Origin: Octopus sinensis
Lineage: Eukaryota
DNA: 64,000 nucleotides
Reading direction: 5' to 3'
Assembly (NCBI RefSeq): GCF_006345805.1
Contig: NC_043012.1
Span: forward strand, 24,862,001 to 24,926,000
Of the stretch, positions 1-14,069 are shown piece by piece; the stretch's first letter is position 1; every line of letters starts with the position of its first letter. The translations under genes were made by a program, and so were the position numbers. Under the pieces are notes generated by a model. The model had not been told where the DNA came from, made no database searches, and worked only from the letters and a program-made list of their open reading frames with translations.

Positions 1-246
1 ACAGGATCCCGTGTTCAGTCCACTGCTTGGCACCTAGTATAGCCTCGGACCGACCAAAGCTTTAAGCTTTACTGTTTTATGCTTTAAAGCTTAATGTTCA
101 AACTATTCAAATTAAAGGCCCCTGGTATGGTACTCGTTTTTATGTTAAGTCTACTAAAAAGGTTATTAATGCTCACCGTGAGCAGTGATTCTTTCAGTTG
201 ATTTGTCTTCCAGTGTTGTTTCTTCTCCATTATCTTGTCTTTGATC

Positions 247-665
247 TCTCTTTACTCTCTCTCTTTTACTTGTTTCAGTCATTTGACTGCGGCCATGCTG
301 GAGCACCGCCTTTAGTCGAGAAACTCGACCCCGGGACTTATTCTTTGTAAGCCCAGTACTTATTCTATCGGTCTCTTTTGCCGAACCGCTAAGTGACGTG
401 GACGTAAACACACCAGCATCGGTTGTCAAGCAATGCTAGGGGGACAAACACAGACACACAAACACATACACATATATATATATATATATATATACATATA
501 TACGACAGGCTTCTTTCAGTTTCCGTCTACCAAATCCACTCACAAGGCATTGGTCGGCCCGGGGCTATAGCAGAAAACACTTGCCCAAGATGCCACGCAG
601 TGGGACTGAACCCGGAACCATGTGGTTGGTTAGCAAGCTACTTACCACACAACCACTCCTGCGCC
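247..665 (-). mobile_element. tRNA-derived SINE, family A (full length)
   Basis: Reverse complement has an A-box-like TGGTTGTGTGG, a B-box-like GGTTCAGTCCC, a CORE-like CTTGGGCAAGTGT, an internal TA/CA microsatellite and an (AAAGAG/T)n tail. Nearly identical to copies at 831, 44539, 45774 and 59514. Confidence 0.9.
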
Positions 666-830
666 TATAAGTATCTCTATAAGTATTATTGATTTCTCTT
701 TTCGCTCTTGGTCATAGTCCCTCGTAATAGAGTAATTTTTTCAGGAGGGATATCCCCGAAAAATACGCCTGATTTTAACTACTGCTTTAATACCGGATTG
801 CAGTCGTTTGAATATTTTTCAATTAAGGTC

Positions 831-1246
831 GACAGGAGTGGCTGTGTGGTAAGTAGCTTGCCTACCAACCACATGGTTCTGGGTTCAGTCCCACTGCGTG
901 GCATCTTGGGCAAGTGTCTTCTGCTATAGCCTCGGGCCATAAATGCCTTGTGAGTGGATTTGGTAGACGGAAACTGAAAGAAGCCTGTCGTATATATGTA
1001 TATATATGTATGTATGTGTGTGTGTATATGTTTGTGTGTCTGTGTTTGTCCCTCTAGCATTGCTTGACAACCGATGCTGGTGTGTTTACGTCCCCGTCAC
1101 TTAGCGGTTCGGCAAAAGAGACCGATAGAATAAGTACTGGGCTTACAAAGAATAAGTCCCGGGGTCGATTCGCTCGACTAAAGGCGGTGCTCCAGCATGG
1201 CCGCAGTCAAATGACTGAAACAAGTAAAAGAGTAAAGAGTAAAGAG
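831..1246 (+). mobile_element. tRNA-derived SINE, family A (full length)
   Basis: GGAGTGGCTGTGTGGTAAG...GGGTTCAGTCCCACTG head, CORE-like segment, and tail ...GAAACAAGTAAAAGAGTAAAGAG. Inverted relative to 247-665. Confidence 0.9.
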
Positions 1247-1535
1247 ATCAAAGTCTCTGCTCTCGAAAACCAAGCTTCTGTGTTTTTTTGCAGATCTTCT
1301 AATCAAGACAAATTTCTGGATTATTTTGGACAATTTTTAATGCATCAATAAACTAAGTTTTTGTTTTTCCGTTTGGTGCATAGATGTAGAGATTTTTCTG
1401 AAGTCGCTGCTGATGCTTTGTGGGGGGTCTTTTAACTCTGTCACCCAAATAAAATTCCTTACGCGCATGATTACACACACACGCGCGCACACATTCACAC
1501 ACACATACACACACACTCAGCGTAAGCGATATTCA

Positions 1536-1690
1536 TCAAATTCCGCCGAGGTCGACTTTGCCTTTCATCCTTTCGGTGTTGATTAAATAAGTACCAGTTA
1601 CGCACTGGGGTCGATATAATCGACTTAATCTGTCTGTCTGTCCTTGTTTGTCCTCTCTGTGTTTAGCCCCTTGTGGGTAGTAAAGAAATA
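1536..1690 (+). mobile_element. SINE family B, 5'-truncated
   Basis: TCAAATTCCGCCGAGGTCGACTTTGCCTTTCATCC...GTACCAGTTACGCACTGGGGTCG...GTAAAGAAATA, matching more than 10 copies elsewhere in the window. Confidence 0.85.
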
Positions 1691-1985
1691 GATATTCATT
1701 TATACAGAGAGTGAGAGAGAGTGTGGTAAATATATATATATAGATAGAAGGAAGTTTACAATAAGAAAAGCGTAAATGAAAGACAAACTGTTGATGCTAC
1801 AGATTCAGGTATATTGATGTACTTTTTCACGCTGAATACGGTTTTGAAATCTATTTATTCCAGAGAAATTTTAGAAAAATGTTGCAGAGGTTTAAAGATT
1901 GATAATTTTTACTCAATCAGAAAAGAAGATTTGAAAGCAAGCATTTCCTGCGTGATAGCTGTGTATAATAAAATGAAAGGAAACA

Positions 1986-2429
1986 TTCATCATCATTGTT
2001 CGACCGTGGTCGAGACAATGGAATTTACCATGCTACGCCAGACTTCACGGTCCATCATGGCATTACGGGTGGTCCTGTTGCTGGATGCCTGATCTCCCTG
2101 GAGATTACATCAGGGTAGGAGAGTGTGCGCCCTCTGGTATTGCGAGTAGATGGCTTCCAGAGGAGAAGAGTAGAAATTACTTCTTTTTCAGCTCTACAAC
2201 AATGTCCAGCAAACTGGAATCTCTTACCTTTCACAAGAGATGACACAGGTGGTAGTTTCCCATATATTTGCATTTTGGTTGGATGGCGCTTCCACGAGAG
2301 ATTTTGAGCTCTCATAAGGAGGCGAGTGTAGTTTCCATCCAACCGCCTCTCAAGCTTCTTTGATAACGTCCAGGTTTCTGAGCCATATAGTAGAATTGGT
2401 TCGACTGTGGCTTTGAATATTTCAAGTTT
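1986..2429 (-). mobile_element. RTE-clade LINE, 5'-truncated 3' end (RT C-terminus, frameshifted)
   Basis: Translates KLEIFKATVEPILLYGSETWTL...LDGNYTRLLMRAQNLSWKRHP...FAGHCCR...LLLWKP, then after a frameshift AMMDREVWRSMV. These are typical RTE post-RT motifs. Ends in a TCGACC-ACG-GTCGA hairpin and a (TGA)n tail. Confidence 0.9.
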
Positions 2430-2599
2430 GAAGTTTGAAGTTTGAAGGAAACATTACAGTGACGAAGTTTTAAACACAATGAAAGCAATCACATGCCATA
2501 ACCGAAGACAGAGCGGAGTGCAGCATCCGTGAGAGATATACTTATACAGACAGAGAATGATAAAGAGTGTGGTGAATAAAGAGAGGGGAAAGGCATGAA

Positions 2600-2601
2600 A
2601 C

Positions 2602-2634
<33 letters not shown>

Positions 2635-2860
2635 AGTGAGAGTGGGAGATTCGTCACTCTAAAAGTTGAGTTATTTCTCGTAGCAAATTGAATTTTTTGA
2701 TTAATTATAACCGAATACGTTGTCGTTGGGATGCAAATTTCGAAAATCAAATCTGTTTTTCTCGAGGACGCAGTGTTTCGTAGTCTTTCCATGATATATT
2801 CACACACAGACATACACATACACACACACGCTCACACGCACACACACACACATACACACA

Positions 2861-2939
<79 letters not shown>

Positions 2940-3119
2940 TCACACACACACACACACACACACACATATGTATAATCTAAAGTTGACAGTCTGCTATGTG
3001 TTTCGCCCTTGGCTATTCAGGACAGCCATAAACAGCCAAGAGCAAAACTCAGAGTAAACTCTCAACTTTTGAAATAATGTGTGTGTATGAGAGCGTGAAT
3101 GTGACTGTGTGTGTGTGTA

Positions 3120-3179
<60 letters not shown>

Positions 3180-3279
3180 ACTGAAGAGACAGATAGACAG
3201 ACAGAATTTAGCACTGCATAGATACGCATATACATACACACACATTCACATACTTAAAGAAACGCTTATGCATATATGC

Positions 3280-3312
<33 letters not shown>

Positions 3313-3901
3313 TACATAGCATCTGTGGTTGTCCGTGTATAGAAATATGTGTATGAGTGAGAGAGAGAGAGAGAAAGAGGTGGTGAAGAAGAAGAAGAAG
3401 AAGAAGAAGAAGAAGAAGAAGAAGAAGAAGAAGAAGAAGAATAGAAGGAGAAACGAAGAAGAACGTAGAAGTAAAAGAAGAAGAGGAGGAAGAAGAAGAA
3501 GAAGAGAAGAAGAGAAGAAGAAGAAGAAGAAGAAGAAGAAGAAGAAGAAGAAGAAGAAGAAGAGGTAGAAGAAGAATACAGATGAGAATCTGTACATACT
3601 GGAGGATTTGTTGAGATTACAGCTTAGTTAGTACATATTAATTCTTGGTATTACCATCAACGTATTTGCGGAGAGGGTGGTGGTATGTGTATGGGCGCGT
3701 GTTTGTGTGTTTTTGTATGTATTACAGCATACCTACCCACAGCAAAAACAACAACAACAACTATTAGCCACGACAACATTAAGAAAGAAAAAATGCAAAT
3801 ATATATAAAATAATAATAAAAATATAATATAAAAAAAGAATTTTCATGCTTATGGTGATGGTAATAATAGAAACGGTTGTGGTGGTGTGCATATATGTAT
3901 G

Positions 3902-3954
<53 letters not shown>

Positions 3955-4046
3955 ATATGTATATATGTATGTAGGTAGGTAGGTATGTGTATATATATAT
4001 ATGTATGTATGTATGTGTGTATACATATATATAAGTATATGTATAC

Positions 4047-4079
<33 letters not shown>

Positions 4080-4239
4080 TGTATGTATGTTATATATATT
4101 ATATATATATATGTATGCATGTATGTATATGTAGGAATGTATGTGCGTGTGCATATATATACGCATATGTGTGTGTGTGTGTCTGGATGTAAATATGTCT
4201 ATATATACACACATGTGTGCATATATACATATATGTATG

Positions 4240-4284
<45 letters not shown>

Positions 4285-4297
4285 ATATATATATATA

Positions 4298-4351
<54 letters not shown>

Positions 4352-5058
4352 ATATATATATATATATATGTACATACATACATATATATATATATATACA
4401 TTCACATATACATAAACTCAGAAGCAGCCCTATATATACACCACAGGCACACAGATATGTATGCATATACTTGTATGCCAGCGTATATATGTGTGTATGC
4501 GCATATGTGTGTGTGTGTGATGTGTGGGTGGGCGTGCTTGGATGGGGGTGATGGATGGCTGTACGTATTGTGAGATGGCGATCGAGAGTTGGAGGCAGTC
4601 TGGTTTGCGTACAAGCGAAAGATTCTACTAAAACGACGAACATTGTAAATGTTATGGAAGTTATAATCTTTTTGCTTTGACCCCTATGTTTCCCTTTAAA
4701 GCTGCAACATCCTTTTAAGACAGTCTTTGTTCCCTTTGCTTTCACCATCTAACCACCCCCTAACATCTGCCATCAGCAATCGAATGCCGATGACCACTAC
4801 TCAAAACTCATGACATGCGCTAAATGCTTCTGGTAAACCTCGGCCCTTTGCCTCTGTCGCCCACCCCACCCCCTACTTCCCTCCTCATCCTCCTCCTCTT
4901 CCTCTTCCTCTATATTCTTATTTTTTTTCTTTGTTATCATCATCATCATCATCACCACCACTAACCACAACACAAAAAAAACAATCCCCGCCTTCATCAC
5001 CACTATCATTGTTACCGTTGTTGTCGTCGTCGTCATCATTATCATCACCACCACCACC

Positions 5059-5089
<31 letters not shown>

Positions 5090-5296
5090 TCATCATCATC
5101 ATCGTCTTCATCATAATCATCATCGTCATCATCATCATCTCATCATCATCATCGTCATCATCATCATCATCATCATCATCTCATCATCATCATCATCGTC
5201 ATCATCATCATCATCGTCATCGTCATCTCATCTTCATCATCATCATCATCATCATCATCATCGCCATCATCATCATCGTCATCATCGTCATCATCG

Positions 5297-5327
<31 letters not shown>

Positions 5328-5383
5328 CATCATCGCCATCATCATCGTCATCATCATTATCATCCTCATCATCATTATCATCG

Positions 5384-5422
<39 letters not shown>

Positions 5423-6130
5423 ATCATCATCAATCATCAGCGTCATCATCATCACCACCACTTTTACCTCTACCGTCATCATCGTCATGCGCTTCATTAT
5501 CATCATCACCATCAACCATCGTAATCATATCAGCTTTTGAATATAGTATGTGCGCGTGTGAGTGTATCTGTGTGTGTATGTGTGTATATATGTGTATATA
5601 TGTGTGTGTGTGTGTGTGTATACCTGTCAACATTGGGCTAAATTGGCACACACACACACGCACACGCGCGCACACACACACACACGTATACATAAAAGAA
5701 ATGTTTGTTTATGCAATGTACTTATACATAACATCATTATCAGTCACCATCAAAATCATCATCATCATCATCATCATTATCATCATCATTCTCTGCGTTT
5801 TTTAGTACTTTTGTTGTTATTGTTGCCGTTGTCTTCGTTCTTCTTCTTCTTCTTCTTCTTCTTCTTCTTCTTCTTCTTCTTCTTCTTTCCTCTTCTTCCT
5901 TCCTCTTCTTCTTACCACTACCACCACCATCACTACAACCACTACCACCACCACCACTACCACCACCACCACCACCACCACCACTGCTACTACTACTACT
6001 ACTATCTACTACTACTACTACTACTACTGCTACTGCTGCTGCTGCTGCTGCTACTACTACTACTACTACTTTGTTCTGCTTCTTCCTCGTTAATCACCTG
6101 CTGTCTTCTCCCTCCTCCCCCCTCCCCTCC
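2600..6130. repeat. Compound microsatellite block (GA, CA, GT, GAA, TATG, TA, CAT, TTC, CAC, CTA/CTG)
   Basis: Directly visible runs; these generate the long low-complexity ORFs in the track. Confidence 0.95.
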
Positions 6131-6410
6131 CCACTCTTTCTCTCTCCACCTCTCTCTCCTTCTCTCTCTCTCTCTCCCTCTCTCTTTCTCTCACCATGGA
6201 CTGTTTCGGCTATTTACAAGGTTCGAGGTCAAATTGGTATTTACCGGTCGACCGGGGGATTATTACAAAAAGAGAATGAAATAATGGACGAAGAAGATAT
6301 TAGCTCCTGTTCGGACCCAATACTGGGGCCCCGGAAGGCATACAAACAACAATGGCGGGCAGTTTGGTAGGGAGTGTGGGTGTCTGGTCTGCAGTATGTG
6401 TGTGTGTATA

Positions 6411-6461
<51 letters not shown>

Positions 6462-6477
6462 ATGTGTGTGTGTGTAT

Positions 6478-6522
<45 letters not shown>

Positions 6523-7049
6523 GAGATCAGAGAGAACGGCATCGGAATATTCATCTGAAGTGAAGGAGATGGTGGTGGCGGCGGTTGTAGCGGTGGTCGT
6601 GGTGGTGGTCGTGGGGGGGGTAGAAAATAAATGTTTCTCTGTAAGAAGGGTATATACAGAACATAAAAGAAAACTTCCTGTAATTATTGAGAAGAGGAAT
6701 GACGGAGGAGGATGATGATGATGATGACGACGACGACGACGATGATGATGATAATAACAATAATAAGTAAAATAAAAATAAATCAAAGTAGTTCGTCAAT
6801 ATATTACTGAATTGATGGTAAAGACGGAATGAATTGTGTGTGTGTATGTATATATATATATATATATATACACACACATACGTGCGTGTGTGCGTGTTTG
6901 TGTGTGTATGTGTGTGGACACGCGTACGTGGATACGTGTGTATACGTACATTCATACATACATACATACATACATACATACATACATACATACATACATA
7001 CACACATACATATATATATATATATATAATAATAATATATATAATATAC

Positions 7050-7458
7050 ATATATGCATATATACATACGTATATGTACATACATCTATACGTATAGATA
7101 CATGCATATGTGGGCAAAGGACGTCATGAAACGTGTACAACAAAAAATACGAAGTACGAGTACATGGAATATGAACTATGTTTTCGAACAACGAAAGACA
7201 CAAATAGAAAACAAGACAAACAACATGTATATGAGAAATTAACTGCGTAAAAGTCAATACGAAGAGTCCTCCATCAAATGAGGGTTCAATATTACTAGAC
7301 GTTTCCACTGCGTGTATTTATGGCACTACGAATAGTTTCCCGTGTACGTTCGTCAGGCGCCAATCGCACTCTACTCGCAAAACTTTAGTACCTCTTTTCG
7401 AACGCATGTACGGGAAACTGTTAGTAGCGTGATAAGTACATGTAGTTGAAACGCTTAG

Positions 7459-7463
<5 letters not shown>
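7050..7463 (-). mobile_element. Non-autonomous Penelope-like/retrozyme-type fragment with head-to-head inverted partial copy
   Basis: The minus-strand body carries an HHR motif. 7290-7352 is a diverged inverted repeat of 7399-7463. The body is homologous to 32960-33215. Confidence 0.6.
7321..7362 (-). ncRNA. Type I hammerhead ribozyme motif (stem II imperfect)
   Basis: TGGCGC-CTGACGA-ACGTACACGG-GAAA-CTATTCG-TA-GTGCCA: 6-bp helix I (one G-U pair), intact core, GUA triplet, and a mismatch at the base of helix II. Confidence 0.55.
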
Positions 7464-7502
<39 letters not shown>

Positions 7503-7733
7503 CGGAGAAGTACTTGCATAGCAAGTGACTTGATCTGAGATCGTTCGCAACAAAAACAATTGCAGCCTAGAAGGTGTTTATAAGTCATATAAAAGTGCAG
7601 CACGAAATCTTATCAGTGAACAGGTCGCGGTTTCAAAGCGACGAAACAAATTAAATTTAAATGTTGAAGTGAATCTCACGGTTTTTGTGTGATTTTAAAT
7701 GGCTTATAAACACCTTCCATGCTGCAATTGTTT

Positions 7734-7767
<34 letters not shown>

Positions 7768-7771
<4 letters not shown>

Positions 7772-8120
7772 ATGGTCGGTTGAAAAGTTGATAGGCTGAC
7801 CAAGATACCCTCATGGAATGTGAGCGAATGAAGTTTATTTTTCAACATTGTCCTCCTTGCGGTCCACACACTTTCTCTGTCGCTGTTGCAGTTCTTGGAT
7901 CCTATTGGTGAAGGAGCTTTCATCCTCTTAATAAAAAAAGTCATCAACAGTATAGACATGCTGTGACCATCCCTGCGATACTGCTTCCCAGTCAAGCGTT
8001 TTTCCTCCAGGCGAATAGATAATAGTCAGATGGGGCCAAATCAGAAGAATAGCGAAGATGATAAGGTGTCAAGAACGTGACACCCAGTAAGCAGAAACCT
8101 TTGTCAGGCCAAACTCTTAG
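7768..8120 (-). mobile_element. Tc1/mariner transposon remnant (transposase C-terminus and 3' TIR)
   Basis: Minus strand reads YSSDLAPSDYYLF (mariner YSPDLAPSD motif), then with frameshifts GKQYRRD and RIQELQQR..KCVDRK..NVEK*. A TTGAAAAGTT TIR core lies next to (TA)n. Confidence 0.85.
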
Positions 8121-8580
8121 TACAGAATATTCTCAACTCTCTCTCGGGATATGCAAAGAACATTGACTATATATGTCTCATAGCTAGCAGAACCGCTGAA
8201 AGGATTCGAATTAAAATTTCAGGGATGTTTCGCCTTGTGACTGGCACGAACTGATTACATTTGAAGATCGATCCGGTTTCAGACAAGGATTCTGGATTAT
8301 TTTTCCTGTTTTTTTACTTAATTTTTGAGAGCGATCGGGCTCATTTTTAGTATTCTCGTTTGTGAGAGCATTCGATTTTATTTCAGATATTCTCATTTTA
8401 AAAATCATCTCTGGCTAATCATTGAGAGGATGTTGGTGTTGCCTTGGCGGAGGTTTGTACTCTCTGAGTGCTCCTGTTATTATTATTTTGGTTTGATTCA
8501 GGTTCGGTCTTATTCCTGGTAAGAATTATGTAGAAAGCGGGTTACAGGTATTATTATTATTATTATAATTATAATTATTA

Positions 8581-8636
<56 letters not shown>

Positions 8637-8835
8637 CATATATATAAAGCTTCAAAATGTTAATTTTCTTCGATATTACACTCCAATTTTCAAAAAAGTA
8701 AGAAAATATTCATTATTTCGTCATTGGTTTCTTTCATTAATTTCTTTTTTTAATAAAACACTTTATTTGTTTGTTTTGTTTGCTTCCATTAAATTCTTTG
8801 AAAAACAACTTTTCTTACATTATCCATGATACTCA

Positions 8836-8870
8836 GTTGTCATGGCAATTAATTAGGTTGCCATGGCAGC
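8836..8870. promoter_or_regulatory. Tandem RFX X-box-like motifs
   Basis: GTTGTCATGGCAAT and GTTGCCATGGCAGC separated by TAATTAG. Motif match only; may be internal to a repeat. Confidence 0.25.
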
Positions 8871-10217
8871 AAACAGTTTCGACTTCCGCTTTTGAGGACA
8901 CTGGACTCATTTCATTGGTTATAAATATATAACTGTAGATGCTTTTATCTTGTTTATTATTAATTATAGGAAAAAATAAATGCGATATCAGAATACAAAA
9001 CTACGTCAGTGTAAAAGTTTTGAAAACAATCGATAAGAATTGAAAAATCTTCAAGTGGTTGGAAGAAAACGAAAAGAATCCCTTGGTGCCTTCGTCGAAT
9101 AGAAGCACTTTTTTGTTTGGTCCATGCACTTTTGAGTCTCCAGTTGATGTTTTGTGTATGCTAACCAGGTAGCTTTCAATTGAATATATGTTGTATAATT
9201 AATTATTCGTATAATTAATTATTATAATCCCCATTAACTGAAATATATTGTTTTGTTGTTTTAGTAAATGTGTCTGAATGTAATTTTATTGTGTTCCGGT
9301 TTTCATGTTATACATTCTGATTCTTCGAATAACCGGCATTTTACTTAGCATCTACCATGAATAGAGCTACGTCATGCACGTAATATCCAAATTTGTTGTG
9401 AGATAAATTCGTTGTTCTATTTTGTTTTTAATCTATTTTTGCCTTTTTATTTTTTTCATACGCGTCATATGTCTGAAAAGAGGTAAAATTTATTCAAATT
9501 TTAAAAACGACAAACAAAAGTTGTAGAGGAATAACAGAACTGAAAATAACACAATAAAACACTACGATAGAAATATATCTCGTGTTAATTCAAATAACAT
9601 TGGAAAGGATTAAAATAAATGGAAAAAACATTTAACGAATTTATCTGACAGCCCTATACATCTTAAAAGACAAATTCGAGTGTATTATAGAAAATTTCCA
9701 TCATTAACCTGGTTTTTGCTTGTGACAACCATATTTAGTTTCTACTAATAAATTGCAAACAGTCGATAGAATTACACAGATGAGAACTTTTTGTTCTGTC
9801 TCTAATCCAATGTCTGTGAGTATACAACACGAAGATAAACGTCACGAGAATAAAAAAAAAAAAATGTTCAACTGTAGTTGTTGGCCTACTTGTACTTCAC
9901 TTTCAGGTGGAAACAATATTCCTGAATTTATTTTTCTATTACACATTGATTTAAAAGATTTGGATATTAACCTTATGAAAACTAAGAGGTGAGGATTCAA
10001 TATATTTAATAAAGCATTGATGCATGAGAAGCTAATAGAAATGTGTGTGTGTGTGTGTGCAATATATATATATACATATATATTATATATATAATATATA
10101 TATTCTATATAAATATATATATATCTATATAATATATATATATATTATATATATTATATATATATATATTATATATATATATATATATATTATAGTGTGT
10201 GTTGTGCATATATTAGT

Positions 10218-10585
10218 GAGGTGCAATAGCCCAGTTTAGGGGGCAGCGGACTCACGGTCGTAGATCGCGGTTTCGATTCCCAAAACGGGCGTGTGAGTGT
10301 TTATGAGCGAAAAGCCTAAAGTTCCACGAGGCTCCGGCTGCGGGTGGAGGCGAACCCTACTGTACTCTTTCATCACTACTTTCTCTTACTATTTCTTCCT
10401 GTTTCTGTTGTATCTGTATTATCAAAGGGCCAGCCTTGTCACACACTGTGTAATGCTGATCCCCCACGAGAACTACGTTAAGGGTACACGTGTCTGTAGA
10501 GTGCTCAGCCATTTAAATTCACGGGCAGGCTGTTCCGTTGATTGGATCAAATGGAACCTACGTCGTCGCAACTGACGGAGTGCCA

Positions 10586-10586
<1 letters not shown>
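10218..10586 (+). mobile_element. tRNA-derived SINE, family C (duplicated at 12215-12581)
   Basis: A-box-like TAGCCCAGTTTAG, B-box GGTTTCGATTCCC, and tail CAAAGGGCCAGCCTTGTCAC...GACGGAGTGCC shared with 27827 and 35321. Confidence 0.8.
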
Positions 10587-10630
<44 letters not shown>

Positions 10631-10711
10631 CACACATGAGCGGATAGGTAATAAATAAGATAGATAGATAGATAGATAGATAGACAAATCGATAGATAGA
10701 TAGATAGACAA

Positions 10712-10760
<49 letters not shown>

Positions 10761-10821
10761 CAAATCGATAGACTAGATAGACAAATAGATAGATAGATAG
10801 AGAGATAGATAGATAGAATAG

Positions 10822-10864
<43 letters not shown>

Positions 10865-10872
10865 CAAATCGA

Positions 10873-10972
10873 NNNNNNNNNNNNNNNNNNNNNNNNNNNN
10901 NNNNNNNNNNNNNNNNNNNNNNNNNNNNNNNNNNNNNNNNNNNNNNNNNNNNNNNNNNNNNNNNNNNNNNNN
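10873..10972. other. Assembly gap (100 N)
   Basis: Run of N. Confidence 1.
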
Positions 10973-12580
10973 GGAAAAAATAAATGCGATATCAGAATAC
11001 AAACTACGTCAGTGTAAAAGTTTTGGAAACAATCGATAAGAATTGAAAAATCTTCAAGTGGTTAAAGAAAACGAAAAATCCCTTGGTGCCTTCGTCGAAT
11101 AGAAGCACTTTTTTGTTTGGTCCATGCATTTTGAGTCTCCAGTTGATGTTTGTGTATGCTAACCAGGTAGCTTTCAATTGAATATATGTTGTATAATTAA
11201 TTATTCGTATAATTAATTATTATAATCCCATTAACTGAAATATATTGTTTTGTTGTTTTAGTAAATGTGTCTGAATGTAATTTTATTGTGTTCCGGTTTT
11301 CATGTTATACATTCTGATTCTTCGAATAACCGGCATTTTACTTAGCATCTACCATGAATAGAGCTACGTCATGCACGTAATATCCAAATTTGTTGTGAGA
11401 TAAATTCGTTGTTCTATTTTGTTTTTAATCTATTTTTGCCTTTTTTTTTTTCATACGCGTCATATGTCTGAAAAGAGGTAAAATTTATTCAAATTTTAAA
11501 AACGACAAACAAAAGTTGTAGAGGAATAACAGAACTGAAAATAACACAATAAAACACTACGATAGAAATATATCTCGTGTTAATTCAAATAACATTGGAA
11601 AGGATTAAAATAAATGGAAAAAACATTTAACGAATTTATCTGACAGCCCTATACATCTTAAAAGACAAATTCGAGTGTATTATAGAAAATTTCCATCATT
11701 AACCTGGTTTTTGCTTGTGACAACCATATTTAGTTTCTACTAATAAATTGCAAACAGTCGATAGAATTACACAGATGAGAACTTTTTGTTCTGTCTCTAA
11801 TCCAATGTCTGTGAGTATACAACACGAAGATAAACGTCACACACGAGAATAAAAAAAAAAAAAATGTTCAAATGTAGTTGTTGGCCTACTTGTCTTCACT
11901 TTCAGGTGGAAACAATATTCCTGAATTTATTTTCTATTACACATTGATTTAAAGATTTGGATATTAACCTTATGAAAACTAAGAGGTGAGGATTCAATAT
12001 ATTTAATAAAGCATTGATGCATGAGAAGCTAATAGAAATGTGTGTGTGTGTGTGTGCAATATATATATATACATATATATTATATATATAATATATATAT
12101 TCTATATAAATATATATATATCTATATAATATATATATATATTATATATATTATATATATATATATTATATATATATATATATATATTATAGTGTGTGTT
12201 GTGCATATATTAGTGAGGTGCAATAGCCCAGTTTAGGGGGCAGCGGACTCACGGTCGTAGATCGCGGTTTCGATTCCCAAAACGGGCGTGTGAGTGTTTA
12301 TGAGCGAAAAGCCTAAAGTTCCACGAGGCTCCGGCTGCGGTGGAGGCGAACCCTACTGTACTCTTTCATCACTACTTTCTCTTACTATTTCTTCCTGTTT
12401 CTGTTGTATCTGTATTATCAAAGGGCCAGCCTTGTCACACACTGTGTAATGCTGATCCCCCACGAGAACTACGTAAGGGTACACGTGTCTGTAGAGTGCT
12501 CAGCCATTTAAATTCACGGGCAGGCTTGTCCGTTGATTGGATCAAATGGAACCTACGTCGTCGCAACTGACGGAGTGCCA

Positions 12581-12625
<45 letters not shown>

Positions 12626-12706
12626 CACACATGAGCGGATAGGTAATAAATAAGATAGATAGATAGATAGATAGATAGACAAATCGATAGATAGATAGAT
12701 AGACAA

Positions 12707-12755
<49 letters not shown>

Positions 12756-12817
12756 CAAAATCGATAGACTAGATAGACAAATAGATAGATAGATAGAGAG
12801 ATAGATAGATAGAATAG

Positions 12818-12860
<43 letters not shown>

Positions 12861-12920
12861 CAAATCGATAGATAGATAGATAGACAATAGATAGATACGA
12901 TAGATAGATAGATAGATTAG

Positions 12921-12966
<46 letters not shown>

Positions 12967-13866
12967 CAGACAAACAAATAGATAAATTTGTACTGATTTC
13001 GAGTCGTATAAGTTGTAATAATGAAGTTAAACCAAAATATCACTATTTGATTTGACTTCATTATTACAATTTAATTTTCTTTTTTTCTCTCTATCCATCT
13101 ATAATCCTTTTTATTGTCCATTTCTTCCCCTCCTTATTCGCTCTCCCCTTTCTTCAACTCCCTACTATCTTTCATACCCTCTCCCGTCTCCTTACCCCCT
13201 TTGTTTCTTTCCCTCATCCTCTCTGTTGTCTCCCTTCTACTCTACCTGTTGGTCACACGTGACTAGGGGCCATTTTTCTCTCGCCTCTGTCTTTTCTAGA
13301 TCAGACGTCCCTCTAGCAGGACATCATTTGTCTCACCTCCCGACATTTTTTCTCTTTTACTACTTTCTTCTCTTCTGTTTATTCTATAAGCTTTCAAAAT
13401 TTCTCCCAGGCATTACCTATTACAATTCGACTTGGGCCAATGGCCCGTAATGTTTGTTTTCGTCGATTACTTACTCTGTACATCCACTGTGTTGTTTGTT
13501 CGTTCGAAGCCCTAATTCTCCACAAATTTTATATTTTCTAAATTTTTGGATGCTACTGTCTTATGAGGTTTTCTTATCTTGTCGTTGAAAGGACAAAATA
13601 GGGAGTAATAAATGTGTCGACAACTGAGAAGGTGTTAGACTTCTTTTGGTATATTGTCCCATATTTGTTTATTATGTGTTACGTATTTTTCGCTCGTTGG
13701 TGATGTCCTGTAGTTAATGGTATTATATATACATATACATACACACACACACACATATATATATATATTATATAATAATATATATATCTATATATATATA
13801 CAGAGGGATAGAGAAGGGGGGAGAATATTATATAGATAGATAGATGATAGACAGACAGAGAGATAG

Positions 13867-13980
<114 letters not shown>

Positions 13981-13981
13981 C

Positions 13982-14036
<55 letters not shown>

Positions 14037-14069
14037 CAGACGAGTGTTTCTTAGTGAAAGCTCAACCTG

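Larger units (their letters stand above)
8969..12868 (+). repeat. ~1.9-kb direct duplication flanking an N gap (8969-10872 vs 10973-12868)
   Basis: Copies differ mainly by single-base homopolymer indels. The second copy starts exactly at the gap edge. Confidence 0.9.

Noticed and set aside
831-900. Functional tRNA genes at SINE heads
   Set aside because: A/B boxes are present but there is no complete cloverleaf, and they continue into SINE bodies.
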